From positions 1 through 50,415 of the forward strand of contig JAFRIS010000027.1 of NCBI GenBank assembly GCA_017432665.1: DNA of 50,415 nt. Reading direction: 5' to 3'. The translations under genes and the position numbers were made by a program. The notes beneath the pieces were generated by a model that saw nothing but the letters and a program-made list of their open reading frames with translations, was not told the DNA's origin and ran no database searches. Below are positions 49,895 to 50,415 of this stretch, piece by piece. This DNA comes from Bacilli bacterium (GTDB taxonomy: Bacteria; Bacillota_I; Bacilli_A; RF39; UBA660). Each line of letters starts with the position of its first letter. The first letter of the stretch is position 1.

Positions 49895-49949
49895 ACTATT
49901 TTGGAAAAAGGCACTCTTCGGCTAAGTCCGAAGATGGCGACAAAATAGT
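49895..49949. repeat. Nested inverted repeat/stem-loop downstream of the putative VR
   Basis: actattttg...tcttcgg-ctaagt-ccgaaga...caaaatagt. Confidence 0.75.
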
Positions 49950-50103
49950 GAAAGTTAAGAAAAAATCCGAACAAAGTGAGGATTAAATAAATAAAAGAAA
50001 ACTAAGCTGTTTTTCTGACACTTAGTTTTTTTGTTGATAAATAACATTTTTCTTGCAAAACAAGCAAAAATGGTTATAATATAAGTCAAAAGGAGTGAAA
50101 TGT

Positions 50104-50415
50104 ATGGCTAAAAAAGTAGTTGATAAGGAAAAATTAGCTAAAGTTACTAAAAAAGGGAAAGGTTTTATGGGTGAATTTAAAGAATTCATCATGCGTGGAA
50201 ATGTTATGGATATGGCTGTCGGTGTTATTATCGGTGGTGCATTTTCAGGAATCGTTACAGCATTAACTGATGACTTCATTAATCCATTAATTAATGGTAT
50301 TGGTGGAGCAGAAGTTGGAGGAACTTTAAAAATCTACGGAGGACAAGTTATTAAATATGGTGATTTTATTACTGCAATAATTAATTTCTTAATTATGGCA
50401 TTAGTATTATTCTTC
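50104..50415 (+). CDS. mscL: Large-conductance mechanosensitive channel (3'-truncated)
   Basis: My translation: MAKK...EFKEFIMRGNVMDMAVGVIIGGAF...YGDFITAIINFLI; aaggag RBS. Not in the ORF track because it runs off the window. Confidence 0.95.
   Translation, partial: MAKKVVDKEKLAKVTKKGKGFMGEFKEFIMRGNVMDMAVGVIIGGAFSGIVTALTDDFINPLINGIGGAEVGGTLKIYGGQVIKYGDFITAIINFLIMALVLFF

Noticed and set aside
1431-49974. Short antisense or out-of-frame ORFs (e.g. 1431, 4208, 9509, 12205, 19812, 30467, 37597, 44393, 46303, 49792)
   Set aside because: They overlap well-supported genes and lack recognisable motifs or clear RBSs
48528-50100. Complete DGR cassette
   Set aside because: No reverse transcriptase, Avd or second copy of the VR found by eye in the window
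50022-50279. Minus-strand 85-aa ORF
   Set aside because: Antisense shadow of mscL

Overview
AT-rich, gene-dense chromosomal window read in genetic code 11. Gene content and style suggest a reduced-genome, walled member of the Bacilli, possibly RF39/UBA660-like; this placement is an inference. The housekeeping backbone is secG-rnr-capA-smpB-ssrA (tmRNA), a TtcA-like gene, cdaA-cdaR, an S41 protease, fhs, T-box-controlled leuS and tyrS, a MurJ-like flippase, two FemABX ligases, trmB, ytxG/ytxH and mscL. Two features stand out. (1) A five-gene operon at 35303-39302 encodes WXG100-like helical N-termini, two of them paralogous with FAG and YxxxD motifs, fused to different cell-wall hydrolase domains (two CHAP-type, one phage-tail lysozyme), plus a stand-alone WXG100-like protein. 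It looks like a polymorphic type VII-like effector array, sits between MurJ and two FemABX genes, and has no small immunity ORFs. (2) A DUF6273-like surface protein at 48528-49826 has a 3' end resembling a diversity-generating retroelement variable region, followed by a nested stem-loop, with no RT or template repeat in the window. Also noted: a second RNase R paralog, a long tmRNA tag ending YAL, a thioester-domain adhesin apparently starting at ATA, several apparent pseudo-enzymes, and a coding 60-bp tandem repeat. No CRISPR array, rRNA, tRNA, integrase or transposase was seen. All family assignments come from motif recognition by eye, not database searches.
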